The notes: a model not told the origin generated them from the letters alone. 64,000 bases of DNA from Balanoglossus misakiensis (GCA_040954595.2 CM082577.2:12841903-12905902); one strand, 5' to 3'. Shown: positions 50,401-63,830, counted from the stretch's first letter. Made by a program: numbers and translations.

Positions 50401-52201
50401 TCCGTCCGTCCGTCCGTCCGTCAATCGTCTGTCAACTTTTGGTATTTCAGTCTTCTTCTTTAAAACAACTTGGCATATTAAGCTGAAATTTGGTTGGAAT
50501 GTGTGATATGGTGCCCCTACCTGATTTTGTTAATTTGGATTTGATCGGGTCATGAATATGCAAATAAGACCTAAAAATAGATTTTTTTAATCTAAAATCT
50601 TCTTCTCCATAACTACATGTACGATGGAGCTCAAATTTAGTAGGAATGTGTGTTATGGTGCCCCTACCTGATTTTAATAATTTGGATATGATCGGGTCAT
50701 GAATATGCACATTAGATCTAAAAATAGATTTTTTGGTAAACATCTTCTTCTCCCTAACTACATGTACGATGGAGCTGAAATTTGGTAGGACTGTGTGTTA
50801 TGGTGCCCCTACCTGATTTTAATAATTTGGATATGATGGGGTCATAAATATGCAAATTAGATCTAAAAATAGAATGTTGGGTAACAAATCTTCTTCTCCC
50901 TAACTACATGTACGATGGCGCTGAAATTTGGTAGGAATGTGTGTTATGGTGCCCCTACCTCAGTACCTGATTTTGTTACTTGGAATTTTGATGGGGTCAT
51001 GAATATGCAAATTAGAACCTTGGTGCTTCCTTTTGATGTTGTTCTTTAGGATTCAATTCTTTCTTTCTTTAGCACAATGAATCAAGCTGAATTTGGATAA
51101 TAATTGTGATGTCTATGTTTGGTTTTGTACAATAGAATGCAATTGTTATCATTAAAACCTAGGGTATTCATATCATTGCCCAGGTTACTCTGTTAAAGTC
51201 AGCAGAGCTCTTTTGACCGATAGGTCACTTGTTCATGAAATAGGTTTAAGAAACCGAAGTTAGTTCTCTTATTCTTTTTCTCTACAGCCCACGGGGTTGA
51301 CATCAAGGTCCTCACTACTCAACACAGATGTAGCTACTTTGATGAGACTAACTGGCAAAATGATGGTTGTAAGGTATGAACGCTTCTTCCAATTTTGCAA
51401 TAATTGGTATGCTCCCTGTACTTACAAGCGATGAAACTAAAGACAAGTGACTATTGGTGTGATTTTAGCGGATACTGCGGATAACTATGAAACAGAAACT
51501 TAAAATGCAGAAGGTACTGCACCTTACGATTAATGCTGACACGTGGAAACTACTTTTAACTCAATTAGCACTGATGTTAGTCTAGAATCTATCCGTTCGT
51601 AGTCGCATTCACCCTACTACCGTCTAGGACCGCAGAACCAAAATCTAGTAAGGCCATAAAAATGGTAATTTGAATGTGAATAGTCTCCAACTGAGCAGTC
51701 TGACGTCAGAGAAGTCAATCACTTACGTTGACCGACTACTGATTGGCCGTGAGGTGATGACGTTGAATGTTAATTATGTTTACAATGTAGCTCCGCCCCG
51801 AATGATACATAATCATGATCACGTGGTGACGCTTGACGTCAGATTGCTCAGTTGGAGACTATTCACATTCAAATTACCATTTTTATGGCCTTACTAGATT
51901 TTGGTTCTGCGGTCCTAGACGGTAGTAGGGTGAATGCGACTACATGTACGAACGGATAGATTCTAGACTACACTGATGTATGTGAGAACGCTTTTCCATT
52001 ATACATTATAGCTGGGACGTAAGCCAAGTGTTTGATCTTGTTTCACTTGCAGAGAAACGCCCACTGCTGTGTCAGTATGTATTTGTTCTGCTTGTTATCT
52101 TGCAGGTGTCACCAAAATCCGACTTCAATTCTACCCTGTGTCTGTGTAATCACCTGACTGTTTTCAGTGCAATGGTGGGAGTTGTTCAATCTGATGGATG
52201 A
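44489..52201 (+). CDS. Copy A: signal peptide + 2 C-type lectin domains + polycystin-1-like GAIN/GPS domain, no TM region; 13 exons, 644 aa
   Basis: Exons 44489-44600, 44723-44993, 45414-45475, 45564-45837, 46308-46381, 47230-47300, 47571-47661, 48161-48495, 48783-48891, 49086-49210, 49583-49811, 51288-51373, 52106-52201. All introns are GT-AG with consistent phases, total 1935 nt. GPS reads CSYFDETNWQNDGCKV...TLCLCNHLTVF. Confidence 0.85.
50334..51233 (+). mobile_element. Helentron-associated (HINE/DINE-1-like) element with ~4 internal ~146-bp tandem repeats
   Basis: Starts with TTTTT, sub-TIRs AGCTCTGCTG (50339)/CAGCAGAGCT (51200), a (GTCC)n tract, a 3' hairpin TGACC-GATA-GGTCA and CTTGTT. 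An older similar relic starts at ~49953. Confidence 0.8.
51578..51970. mobile_element. Foldback MITE (393 bp), TAG...CTA termini, 9-bp TSD
   Basis: ~130-bp near-perfect TIRs and TSD CACTGATGT at 51569-51577 and 51971-51979. An AcademH-like assignment is inference. Confidence 0.88.
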
Positions 52202-53640
52202 TGCCACGTTTAATACAGGGCGTCCGTTTGGTCTACAGAACTGACAAATTAAGCTTATGAAACGAGTTCTAAACTATTAAACCACGATCGTGACGTCACA
52301 CTATTCAATAGACAAGTCATTCACTGAGAGAACCTCTGTCTCACACAAAACCACAGGTTGAAAACCAAGTCCCGGGTAGTTCTAGAACTACCTCCGGGGG
52401 TTCTAGAACTGCCGCAGGACTCAGTCTCACCTGTCGTAACAAAAATACAAATAAACAAAGCTTTATTTGCATAATTACATTTACTTCTATACCTGTATTC
52501 AAAGGACATTTCATTTGAATAGAGTAATTGTTATGTTAATTGAAAGCGAACTGGATATGCGACAGTCTCCGGATCATTTCATTCAATGCTTCACATTCAC
52601 AGTTTTGTCTACTGACGTACAAAGCTAATGCCTTGGTGGCTCTCGAGAGTCTTCATAACATGATAAAGTATAAAATAGACAAAAATCAATTCACCAGAAA
52701 CAAACTAACGTTGCAATAAATTCACTAAAAATTTCTAGAAAATTATACTAAATCACATTATCCCCAGATTTGCTTGTATTACTCTAACCCGATGCTTCAC
52801 TTCGATTTTGCTTCACTACCGACAAGTAACAAGGTTGGCTGTTTTAGGCCTACTGTTTAACAAAACCCGCGTACCTTGCAAAATTCTGCTTACTTTTTGT
52901 TGCTGTACACCAGATGTGCGTTTGTAATGACGGACGGCTTCATTTCGGTATCAAGTCTTTTAGCAGATGAGTTACTCACCAATATCGCTACCATACAGAC
53001 GCGTTGCCGCTGTGGCTCGTAGAGAGCGGCTCGTTCAAAAACCAGGGAGGCCAATACACAGACGGGCAGTAGTACCATGTAGAGCATTGTGACCCGGTTT
53101 TTGCTTTACCAACATGTAGTCGCTTGTTTTCGCAGATGATATAGATCGGAACTACATGTATCTTCAGATCGATTTCATGGACATTTGAAGGAAAATAAAC
53201 TAAAAACGTGAGACTTACATGTAGGCCTACTGCATTTGGCCTAGAAAATTTTCGCGTAAGCTTACCATGTGCACGCAAAACCCCAATAGCTGTATCCCTT
53301 CCCATAATACACTACGTATCACACCTGTAAAGTTGAATTTGATGCAAATTGAAGTTTGAAATTAGCATATCACTCCGACACGTAAGCATGAACATTTAGA
53401 GTAACACCTGTCAAGCGTGAGCGATCTTGTAAGGCCCAGCAGGGCGGTCTAGAACTACCTGCCCACGACATGATTCATTTATAGAAAGAGGGGTGGCCAA
53501 CCAAATTTCACAGCCAGCAATGAAGAATAAGCCTCTTTTGATAAGCTTTTGTTCGTTCCTTTTATTGAATCGTTGTGTAAAACGACGTCTTTATGGTATA
53601 CAAAGCTCCAATGGTGACAATGTCTGTGGGGGATCGTGGT

Positions 53641-53759
53641 TTAAGTTAGAGAACCACCTCCCCCTCAGTGGTTCTTGGTTTCCAATCGCCTCGGGCATGC
53701 GGCCCTCGGCGATTCGAAACCAAGAACCACCTCAGGGTCGGTGGTTCTCTATTACTTAA
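53641..53759. repeat. ~120-bp imperfect hairpin, probably the end of a non-autonomous element
   Basis: AGAGAACCACC...GTGGTTCTTGGTTTC / GAAACCAAGAACCAC...GGTGGTTCTCT. Confidence 0.7.
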
Positions 53760-53896
53760 CGTACCATTCAAAATGTATTCGTGTTTTTAAATTTATTTAA
53801 TATAAACTTTATGAAGTTTTGGCAATATATTTTGGTGATAATGCCTTAACTGTGAAAAGAATAGGTGCCAAAAAATTGTCCGAAAGAGAAGCGTTA

Positions 53897-55432
53897 GGGA
53901 CTGTCCAGAATTTACTTCCAGGGGAGGGGGGCACTCACTTTCCCCAAGAAAAATTAGGGGGGGGGGCAGACGTAAAAATCACAGTCCTTTATAGGGGGGG
54001 GGGGCATGTAAAAACCCTCACAATCTCAGTATTTGCCCAGAAGTACTGATTTATAAGAAACAAACCACCATGGCTACCTGGATGACAGATGAACTCCACA
54101 AGTGTATTAAATCTTCATAGGCTGGAATTTCCGGTAATTTTTACGGTGGGTTATTTTGTATATCTACTACAGTTTATTGTTCTACTCTGTGAAGCATAAT
54201 AAAATGTCCAACTTATTTGGCCTGCCAGCACATACCATATATGTACGGTGAACAGTCAGCGTTGTTACTGTTGATAAAACTGAGCTTAATTCAAGTCCAG
54301 ACAAGTTTTAAAGAATTAGACTTTTTTGACAATCTATTTACTTTTATATGACAAAAGATACCAGCAGCTAGTGATAAATTAATTTCTTTGCAGTCTGAAT
54401 CGTGCTTGTCTACAATTTTTGTGAGGCTCAACACAGTCGAATTTGCAATTTCTGTCTCAATGAAAAGATATTAATGGCACCCTGCTTTCTGGTAATATTA
54501 AACTTAAAGAGACATTAGATTTAACTTTTGTCAATTTTAATCTGTATGTTTTAGTCCTCTGTGTCAAGTGCACATTCGTGGTCCACTCCTCAGAGTATGC
54601 TCATGTGTAACTGAAAATATTCTGCCTGTGATGTACCTATTGTTTTGATTATAGTACAAACACATAAAATTATATTGTTTTGTGCCAGCCAAAATTGTAA
54701 AAAAAAGTTTTGAAAAAACATAAAATTGTGCATGACTACATTATTTTTTAATTTACCCATTGAAAAACAAGAAACATTTCATTTATGTTTTTGCCAAAAC
54801 TTGCAGAATCTTTTGAAAATACTGTACAGGACACAATCTCATATTTAATTTGAATTTTCTAAAAAAAACACTTGATTGTTGATTGTTAAAAGGAGAAAGT
54901 AAAATGTGAAATTGTTAAACAATTGATTATTGTCAATTTCCTGAAACTGTCACACATAACCCATTTAAAAATGGTGTATTGAAAATATAAATCAAATACT
55001 ATGTCACTCTGCTTGATATTGTTGATACAACGATCATAATTGTATATTTTCCTTTGAAAAACCTCTGATGCAAAAGTGCTGACGCAGCGTTTTTTGACAT
55101 GGCTTATACACAACTTAAGTGTGTGATGTAGTGGACATAGGAGGAAGTTTTGTCATAATTAATTTATTTTCAGAAAATTACAATCTTATGACCACTTAAC
55201 TTGTCTCTTGATTGTTCTTGCAAAGGGTGATGAACTTGTCTTGTCAGACTGTATGTGCTGTAGTCTGTAAGCATGCATGTATTTATGAGGGGGCCATGGA
55301 AAAACAAGAAATTTAAGGGGGGCCACAGGTTTCCTCCACAATTTACTAGGGGGGGGGGGGTCATGGAAAAAAATCACCAGGAAAATAAGAATTCCTCCAG
55401 CCCCACCCTGGAAGTAAATTCTGGACAGTCCC
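53897..55432. mobile_element. Non-autonomous PIF/Harbinger-like DNA transposon (1536 bp)
   Basis: Perfect 27-bp TIR GGGACTGTCCAGAATTTACTTCCAGGG, TTA on both flanks, no ORF. Confidence 0.85.
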
Positions 55433-56128
55433 TTAGGTTGAGTGCGTCTATGATTGATTTGTTTATATAGTACGATGTAATTGATACATTTATTTGTAAT
55501 CTGCCAGAATAGGATATATACATGTAAACATTGATCAATATTTCTGTTTTGTAATAACCAGTACTGTCACTTGCCATTGTAATAACCCGTAATTTCACTT
55601 GTCATTTATTCGTGGAGTTATAGTATTCTAAAAAAAATTGTATGTGTTTGCCATGGATTGCTTTGGATTATTCTGGTTGACATTAAAGCGTACACTTACT
55701 GTACACTGTGTATGTATGGCGTCTCACCCCTCCCCACGAATCACATGACATCCCTCTTTCGCCGTTTCTTTTTTGCAAAAAAAAAAACTGGACTGAACTT
55801 TCCTTTGAGAAGAAATAAACCACAGAAGTTACAAGTAATCATAACCAGCACCAACAACTACTTAAACGTTTATTTGTAAATGTGTCCTAATACTGACCAC
55901 AAAAATGGTTAATAAACAATAACAGGCAAAGAAAACGGTTTATACTCTCTGTGTGTCTTGGTTAGAATTCTTAATCAGAGCATTTTGTCAGTTTGTGATG
56001 AGAAATGGCTAAAGTGTGTAACCTTTGATATATATACTACGGAATCACGTGTTTCAAATACAAATACCATTCAGAACAATGGACGTTATTCATTGGTGCA
56101 TATGGCCAGGGAATTACACTATTCAAGT

Positions 56129-56528
56129 TAGTCTCGGTTACCCAGACCCCTCTGCTTCTTCCTTTGGGCAATCCAGAAAGAGGGTCTGGGAATACACCAT
56201 AGAAAAATCTCCGGGCAAAGATGGCCGACTCGAGGCAAAACCGATGTATGATGGTCAACATTCATGACATTTGATATTATGATATGACGATATTATAAAA
56301 CTCTTTACCAAACTTCTCTCTCTCTCTCTCTCTGTTCAATTCGTGGACAGTTTTAGAAGGTCCAGCACTTCTCGGCATGTTTTTTTATGTTTGAGGCTGC
56401 AACCATCATGCATGGCCTTTGCCTCGAGTCGGCCATCTTTGCCCGGAGATCTTTATATGGTATTTCCCCAGACCCTCTTTCTGGAGGGCCCAACGGAAGA
56501 AGCAGAGGGGTCTGGGTAACCGATACTA
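56129..56528. mobile_element. Foldback MITE (400 bp), TAG...CTA termini, degenerate 9-bp TSD
   Basis: ~125-bp imperfect TIRs; flanks TATTCAAGT and TATCCTAGT. Confidence 0.8.
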
Positions 56529-57411
56529 TATCCTAGTGTTCTAGTGGATGAGGTCAGGCTTTGTTATAAATTCTCTAGGAGGGAAATACAACGTTTTCAT
56601 TTTATTTTGTATTTTTCAAAGGTGGCGGCCATATTCCTCAGCGGCAAAACTTTTTTATTTTATCTGGTTAAAACGGATGTTGGTAGATTTTGCAGATACT
56701 TTCTTACCATATGTGCTGTGTTGAATTCTAAAGAGCGTGTATGTATCTTCACCAACATTTCCCACAACAGAAATAAATCATCATCCGAATAATGCAAATT
56801 GAGATGGCATGGTAGGCTGTAGAATATTACAAATTGCATTTCTAGAACTACAAAGTTTGAGAATAAGATATGTTGCCATAAATAAATTAAAGCCACTCTT
56901 TCATTATCTACTTCAGATCTCCATACCTGTAGGTTAACCTCTCGGCATCCGCATTGTGGCATTCGTGGAAAATGCACTGAAGGGAAGAAATTAAATATAT
57001 CTCACATGCGCACTCAAGTGAAATGCATATTTGCGAGACAATATGCCGAATTTCTATTTTTGTATCCAACCGACGTTTTATACAAGATCCCCACACGAAC
57101 GCTTTAATGATTAATACCACTTTTGTGTATTTATCGATTAACCGGGAGCAACATGTTAAATATTAATTAATTCCATTTAATCTTGTGACATTCATAAAAA
57201 AAAATAATTTTTAATGTCACGCATTTCTTAACATGTGTATAATAATTACAAGTGTGAAAACATCTAACGCATAAATGAAAGAACACGACACAGCGTCTCC
57301 ATTTAGCACCTGGTCTCTCTCTGCAGTGGTTACAATTCTTTGCAAAACACACATAATGTGTCAAGATGTTCATATATAAAATGATCGCAGATTAGTCGCA
57401 AACTCGCAACC

Positions 57412-60400
57412 ATGGCTTACCTGAGAAGCTGTAAAAGGTTACAATATTGTCGTGAAATACCTTTGAAGTTAACACTCGTCGCTACATTGGTGATGTTGTC
57501 GATGACATTACTGCAGCAAGCAGGTGAGACACTACATTTGGGTTTTGTATGTTCAGAAAGTTTGAAGTTCCTCAAAACAGGAACTTATAATTCTTATCAT
57601 TGTTTCACGTATGATTGTAATAAGACTAAAGGTTTAATATCCAGATTGCATCAAAGTTTTCCATGTTTACGATCGGATGGGTCACGCTGAAGCCTACACG
57701 TTTTGTGAGCGATTGGGTCTTCGCCTCGTTAAAGATGACAGCGAAGAAAAACAAACAGCTATAGTAAAAACTTTAAAGGAACGACGCATCGCTCACTGGT
57801 ATTTCTGGCTAGATGCTCGACTGAATGACAACGGAGACGTAGTCACACGAGACGGGGAAATTTTGACCCCCAAGCCATCGCGTGAAGTTTATGGTGGGGA
57901 GTGCCTCTCAATGAAGTGAGTTGACGATTATGTATTACATATTTAAAAAAAAAACGTTTTTGTGGTCATTATAAGATATCTTAACATAAAGCAATTACAT
58001 GGAATCATGTGCAGAGGCATGCCATATTCATAGTTAGATATCAGTTGAGACAGGATTGATTGACATTTTAATGATATCCATGCAGATATTACAATAGGCA
58101 ATGTCTTCAGAACACAATTTTGGCAGTTGCGCACCGATACCTCGATTTTATGGGAAATTTTAACCGTCAACATTTACCTCATTTGTGTAGTATTATACCA
58201 ACTTGAAGTTTACCTAATTCTCAATTGTCTCCGAGTCTTAACCAAAATAAAAGGGAACTGTACAGTAGAAAACGATTTATGTAGTTTGACAGATGTGCGG
58301 CCTGACAGGCGTTAATTGGGTGAAACTTTAACGTACTTACATTCCATTTTAATTCACAGAAATGGAAGCTGGATATTTTTCCTGTGTTCGCGACGAATTC
58401 ACCCTTTATGTGAAAATACAAGTAGGTTATAGTTTAAGGTGGCATTGCATGAAAACTTGTGATTTTTGCCAGATTTTACTTTTTTACATAAATCGGTAGG
58501 CCTAATATTGACCCACATCCTGACTAATACGTCTTAGCGGAAATGGTGCATAATCACCCCAAAATAGCACTTCTCTAAATGAGTTCACAGCTTAACAAAT
58601 AGTTGTCAACAATGCAAATGGCCGTTTTTCTCAGTTTGCATTTTCGCTGTATTATCGTCATATCAGAATACTGAAATACTGGCTAAAATTGCTCAAAACT
58701 AGACCAGGTAGTATCTTGTCAACTTGTTATAAAGTACAATATGATAGAGCAGAAAAAAATATGCATTGTTGGGCACTACAGGTAAAACAACTGTTATGTA
58801 ATATGGGTTTTTCAGAAGTGTGGATGCAACAGGGAGTCTCAAATGAAAATATTTTTTTTAAATTTTTCAGAGAGAGATGTAAGGATGTACAAATGCAAAT
58901 TATCATGTGCGATGTTAAATCCATCCCTAAATTATTCACGTATAGTCGTTTCAAAGTTAGCCCACACATGGAGGAATATTTGTGTATTATTCAACACAGG
59001 GGCTTTAGAGCAGCACTGACCCGTTTTCGTTTATCAAGTCATACCTTGCGTATAGAACAGTGCAGATGGGAAAGGATAAAACCCCCAAGATCAGAAAGAA
59101 CATGTCTCATTTGTAATAAGGGGCAAATTGAAGATGAGTATCACATGTGTTTTATCTGCCCAGCTTATACAGATTTGCGAGAAAAATTCATCCCAAGCTT
59201 TTTCCTAAATCCTCCTGTAGAATATAAGTTTCACAAGCTCATGTCAACAAATAACAAATATTTATTACACCAATTGAGTAAATACATTCTCCTTGCTTTC
59301 CAAAAGAGAGATAAATTGTTACAAGGGTAGACACGATAAATGCTTTGATGGCATGACATATTATTGTATTTCTACTTTGTATTTAAAGGGCCAATCGGCC
59401 ATATATATACTGAATAAACATATTCAATTCAATTCATTTTTGCTGCTCTTGACAACTTCAGACGAAAATAGCTTCGCTCTGCGTTGGCCGAATTTGCTCA
59501 AATTTTATAACTGGGGATTGTGTATGACCCATCCAACAAAACGGTATTTTTGTTAGTCGATAAAGTGTCCCTGGCGGGAATAAACTCTGATTCAATACAA
59601 CTCACCGTGAATTTGATCAAATTTTACTGGAAATCTAACTTTCAAACGCTGTTACTCCTCAATGGAAGCAGATAACGCAAAACAAAATTACCGTTTTTTG
59701 CACGTGTACTCTAGTTTCGAATGACATATTAAGATGCATGATGCATGGTCAACTTTTTTACCTAATTTAAATTTAATGACATAATATCAAAAGATGTTTT
59801 TTTTCACCCAAAATCGCCACCATTTCCGGGGATCAAAATATTTGCAACTCAAACAAAAGTTCAAAAACTCAGCTTCCAGAATATATATGGTTTATGGGGG
59901 TTTTAACGTTGTCTTTGATGAGAAATAGGCCTCTGAAAAAGTCTCGACGGTTTCGTGCAATGCCACCTTAATGAAGGTTTTTGCAACTTTTACTCGATTT
60001 CGAATTTTACGGGAGGAAAGAAATAGCGTTGTTTTCTAATCTGCAGCATCTTTCGACCTAACTACCACAATGATTGATATGGTGGGTGCATACCAGCTAT
60101 GTGAAAAGCTTGGGTTGCGTCTTCTAACTGACACCACTGACTGGAAAATCAAGCAGTACTGTGCGTCCCTTCAGTGCAGCCGTCAAATGCCTGGATGGGG
60201 TGTATGGATTGATGCTACCATCACGGCAGATGGTACTGTGAAGACGGGCAGCGGTTTGATATTGGAACACACGCATTTTGCTCCCAACCAGCCTCTCGAT
60301 GCCGGATCGTGTATTAGAACCACGTGAGTCATTGTCTGTTCACGCTATTTTCCACTATGTCCAACAATATAGACATACTTTTATCATTGCTTTCATGACC

Positions 60401-63400
60401 TTAACTGTTAACGCGTTGTTGGAACTTCCGAGATTACGTGACAGTTCACTGATTTGAATATCTGTGTATTGTTACGTTTTCCTATCCCAAAGATTACACT
60501 CTATTGTTAAAAATCACTTTGCAATGTTTCTGGTATTTTGTCAAGTTTATGTTTTATGTTTTGATAACTAACTGTATCTGCTTTATCGTCTGACCAACCC
60601 CGGCCGTACAGCATAATAGACAGTGCATGTAGGAAATTTATCAGAACCGTGTACATTACCAAATTTGACTCTTAAAATTCAACGTACAGTAATTATTGTA
60701 GACATTGTAAACTTCAATAAGCGTTGAATAGTGAATCTTTACACATGCAGGTGCACTACCGCTACATGTTTATGGAAAACTAGACCTTGTATAAAATACA
60801 TGGGTGTTGCTTGCGAGGATAACGGTAAGTATTTGATAAATCTCGTTCATTAATGTTGCTTTTCCTATATATTTTACTGTCTGTGTAGTTTTGTGGTATG
60901 AACACATATACACCTAATGCCACTAAAAACGGAATGTAGACAAATGCATACGCGTACATTTATCCGCTTGAAATGGAGTCACATTGGAAATATCCAAATG
61001 TATAATGGACCATTAATTGTTTGCTTTCGGTAAATGGATAATTGAAATAAAAGTTGCATTAATCATGGACGTGTTTGTGTCGTAACCAGATGAGATAATT
61101 CACGTATATATGGACACAATTAATTGAAATTCGGTGTATTCTCTTGCACATTTGATTTCCATGTACGTCAAATGGTCTGCTTTTAATGTCTTGTCTACAC
61201 CAATGGATAATGCTAAAGTGCTTAACCCAGCATAAGGGGGCTCCGAAGTACATCTCGATATGGTCACATTTTATTACTCTCACACTTTTGTCACCTCTCA
61301 CATTATCTGCACTTTTCATTTGCAACATCCAGATGATGACTTACTTCTGATGCGGGAGAGGTTGGTCAAGATAAGTGACGATGAATTCAGAACAGCAGAT
61401 GAGGTAAGAAAGGTTCCAATCATTTGAGACTGATGTAATACACTGTATTGTATGCTACGTCCTAAATTAATTTCACATAATGCTAAAAGCCACATACTAT
61501 GTAATTGTCTTTACACGTGTATTAAAGGGCACTATGTGATATGACTATTTTGTGACAACTGAAGCTTCATACTAAATAATTCTACATAAGGCTATAAAGC
61601 CACGTACTAAATAATTGTCTTTTCTTTTAAATTTTCAGGGTATTAGTGTAATTGACAAGTTGAACACTGTAACATCTGACCTTTCAAATGAAAGTGTCAT
61701 ATTTGAAGGAAGAATTATATTTGCAAAAGGTATTATGACATTTGTTGTTTAAATCAAGATGATTCTGTGACATCTGTATCCATCATTTTCGATATCAACC
61801 AATGATGTAAAAACGATATTGGTATCAGACACACAAAAAATAGCACCATGCAATCATAAAGCTTACCGAAAATGCGTCAACTACAGTTCGTTTGTTTCCA
61901 CAAATCATGCTTAGAGAAACTTCGAGCATTGGACGTGTCCAAGTTTTGAATGATACGCTGAATTAGAAGTAGGATACGATAGTCTGGTCCCCTGTCCTAT
62001 AGCGTAGCGCAGCCAGCGGTGGGATTGGGGCAGGGGACCAGACTAAAGGATCGGACTCCATTGTCTCGTCATCATATTTCCAAATGGATTCAAGAAATGA
62101 AATTCATTCAATAACCTTCGGGCATTGGTGTAAGGCCGAGAAATACAGTCAGACAGAGTGAGGTAGTTTTAAATGCCAGTGTTTACCTATTTCAGAAACA
62201 CTGAATGTCATGCAAAAAGTGACAGACAGAATGCAGTCCCTAATTGACGCCAATCCGAACCAGAGGCTGAATCCCGGGCAGGCAAATCACCTGACAAAGA
62301 AAATAACAAAAGTATTCCACCAGTTATCAATGTTTATACTGAACGAGACTACTTGTGGGCATGGACCAATCATCGCGAGAACTCCTTCTCTTGTTCTACA
62401 TCTGGAAAAGAACTTTGTGCCCTACTTGAGCAACGTCACCATAATGATTGGAGATGGAAGTGGATTCAATATTCCACCTGCAGACAGTATGTTTCCACAA
62501 TTTTCGCGGGACACAGTCTTGAACAGAATGGTCCGTATGCAACTTCGATAACAATAAGACAAAATATCACGTTTCTTTATATCAATCATTACTCTATTCT
62601 TGTATATGGATATTTGCATAACTATTTGCCGCCAGTTAACTTTAATGTGATGTCCTGGGAGGCTGTCAGTTTTATATGTGTTATGTCATGGCACCCATTG
62701 TCATTTTCGTTTACAAATAAGACCATAAACATTTCTTGTAAGTATAATCTATGGTTTAATGTAGAATTCTGTTGTTGTCATAATGCGTTCTGGTGCTCGG
62801 GGAATAATTTAAGTAAGTCTTTTTTTTACACTTAGATTTTCCGTTTCGGTGGGAACCCCCATGGGTTGGCAAATAGGATTCATGGCTTCACTACCGATAT
62901 ACTGACCCTGGAATTCAGAGATGGAGATGGTAATGAGATCAAAGGTTGGTTTTCATTAAGGCCATCAGTGATATCCTTACATTCGCATGGAACTCTCAAT
63001 TTTTTTACCTGTTAACGTTGCACCATTTAAACCGGAAATGGCGAATTCCTTGACCTAGAAACCCAGTGACATACTTATAGAAACATACCATCTTGGATGG
63101 CAGAAGTCGATTAATAACCGATTTGTGAAGTTAGTTTTGACATCAGTGTAAATTATCACGGAAAATGTTCCTTTTCAGTGAAACATGCATCAGAGGATCT
63201 CGGTGTATGGCTTGGAAATCATCAGACACCTTTTAATGAAAGCATCGTCAGGGGATTATACGTGGAAAGGGAAGGAGTCACTCACTATGCATTGACAGTA
63301 ACGGTAATCTTCACATACTATATAAAGTTCACTGATCATTGCATTTTTTCTGATCTTGTCTGTAACATATTGCCATTTGATCATCTATCATTATAGAATG

Positions 63401-63830
63401 ATAAATAATTTGCGTCATTGTTACATAGGTATCGCTACAGCGATACGCAGATTCCGTTTACCAGCCTTCGGCTTTAATATCAATTTCCTCGACATCATTT
63501 ACAGTGGACATGGCCATAAATTTCGATTTATCTATAGTTGTTTGACCTATAAGTTAAGACACTCTGAAAAGGGTATACAAGATATTTTTTTGTTGTTGTA
63601 GGCGCTATCGGCCTACTCTGCATTTCAAATCATCGTGGAAGCATCAGTGCCTGTCTTCGAGACTACTACAGCATACGTGTCGCTGGAAAGACTTGACGCC
63701 GTCGGTGGCCACAGTGGTTTTCATTATGTAACTGAGTTGGTATTTGCAGGGTGTACAGCATCCATATTTCTACCAGAAGCAAAGGTCACAAGGACGGGCT
63801 TGTATTACATAGTCTTTGACCTTACCAGTG
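57412..63830 (+). CDS. Copy B of the 2xCTL-GAIN gene; exons 1-11, continues beyond the window
   Basis: Exons 57412-57523, 57645-57915, 58360-58421, 60047-60323, 60751-60824, 61333-61403, 61639-61729, 62196-62530, 62836-62944, 63179-63303, 63602-63830. Same lengths and phases as copy A (exon 4 is 3 nt longer) and the frame is open. Confidence 0.85.
58438..59967 (-). mobile_element. Kolobok-like element (second copy) in intron 3 of copy B, with a nested LINE
   Basis: Same TIRs and TTAA TSD as 37739-38439. The empty site is in the paralogue at ~45480-45498. Confidence 0.88.
58650..59434 (+). mobile_element. 5'-truncated non-LTR retrotransposon (RTEX-like C-terminus)
   Basis: LTRFRLSSHTLRIE...RTCLIC...IEDEYH...CPAY, AATAAA and an (ATTCA)n tail, 11-bp TSD CATTTTCGCTG/CATTTTTGCTG. 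Confidence 0.85.

Noticed and set aside
52202-57411. Search for TM/PLAT/7TM exons continuing the GAIN protein
   Set aside because: The region holds transposons, hairpins and AT-rich sequence and none were recognised. Very short exons could have been missed by eye.
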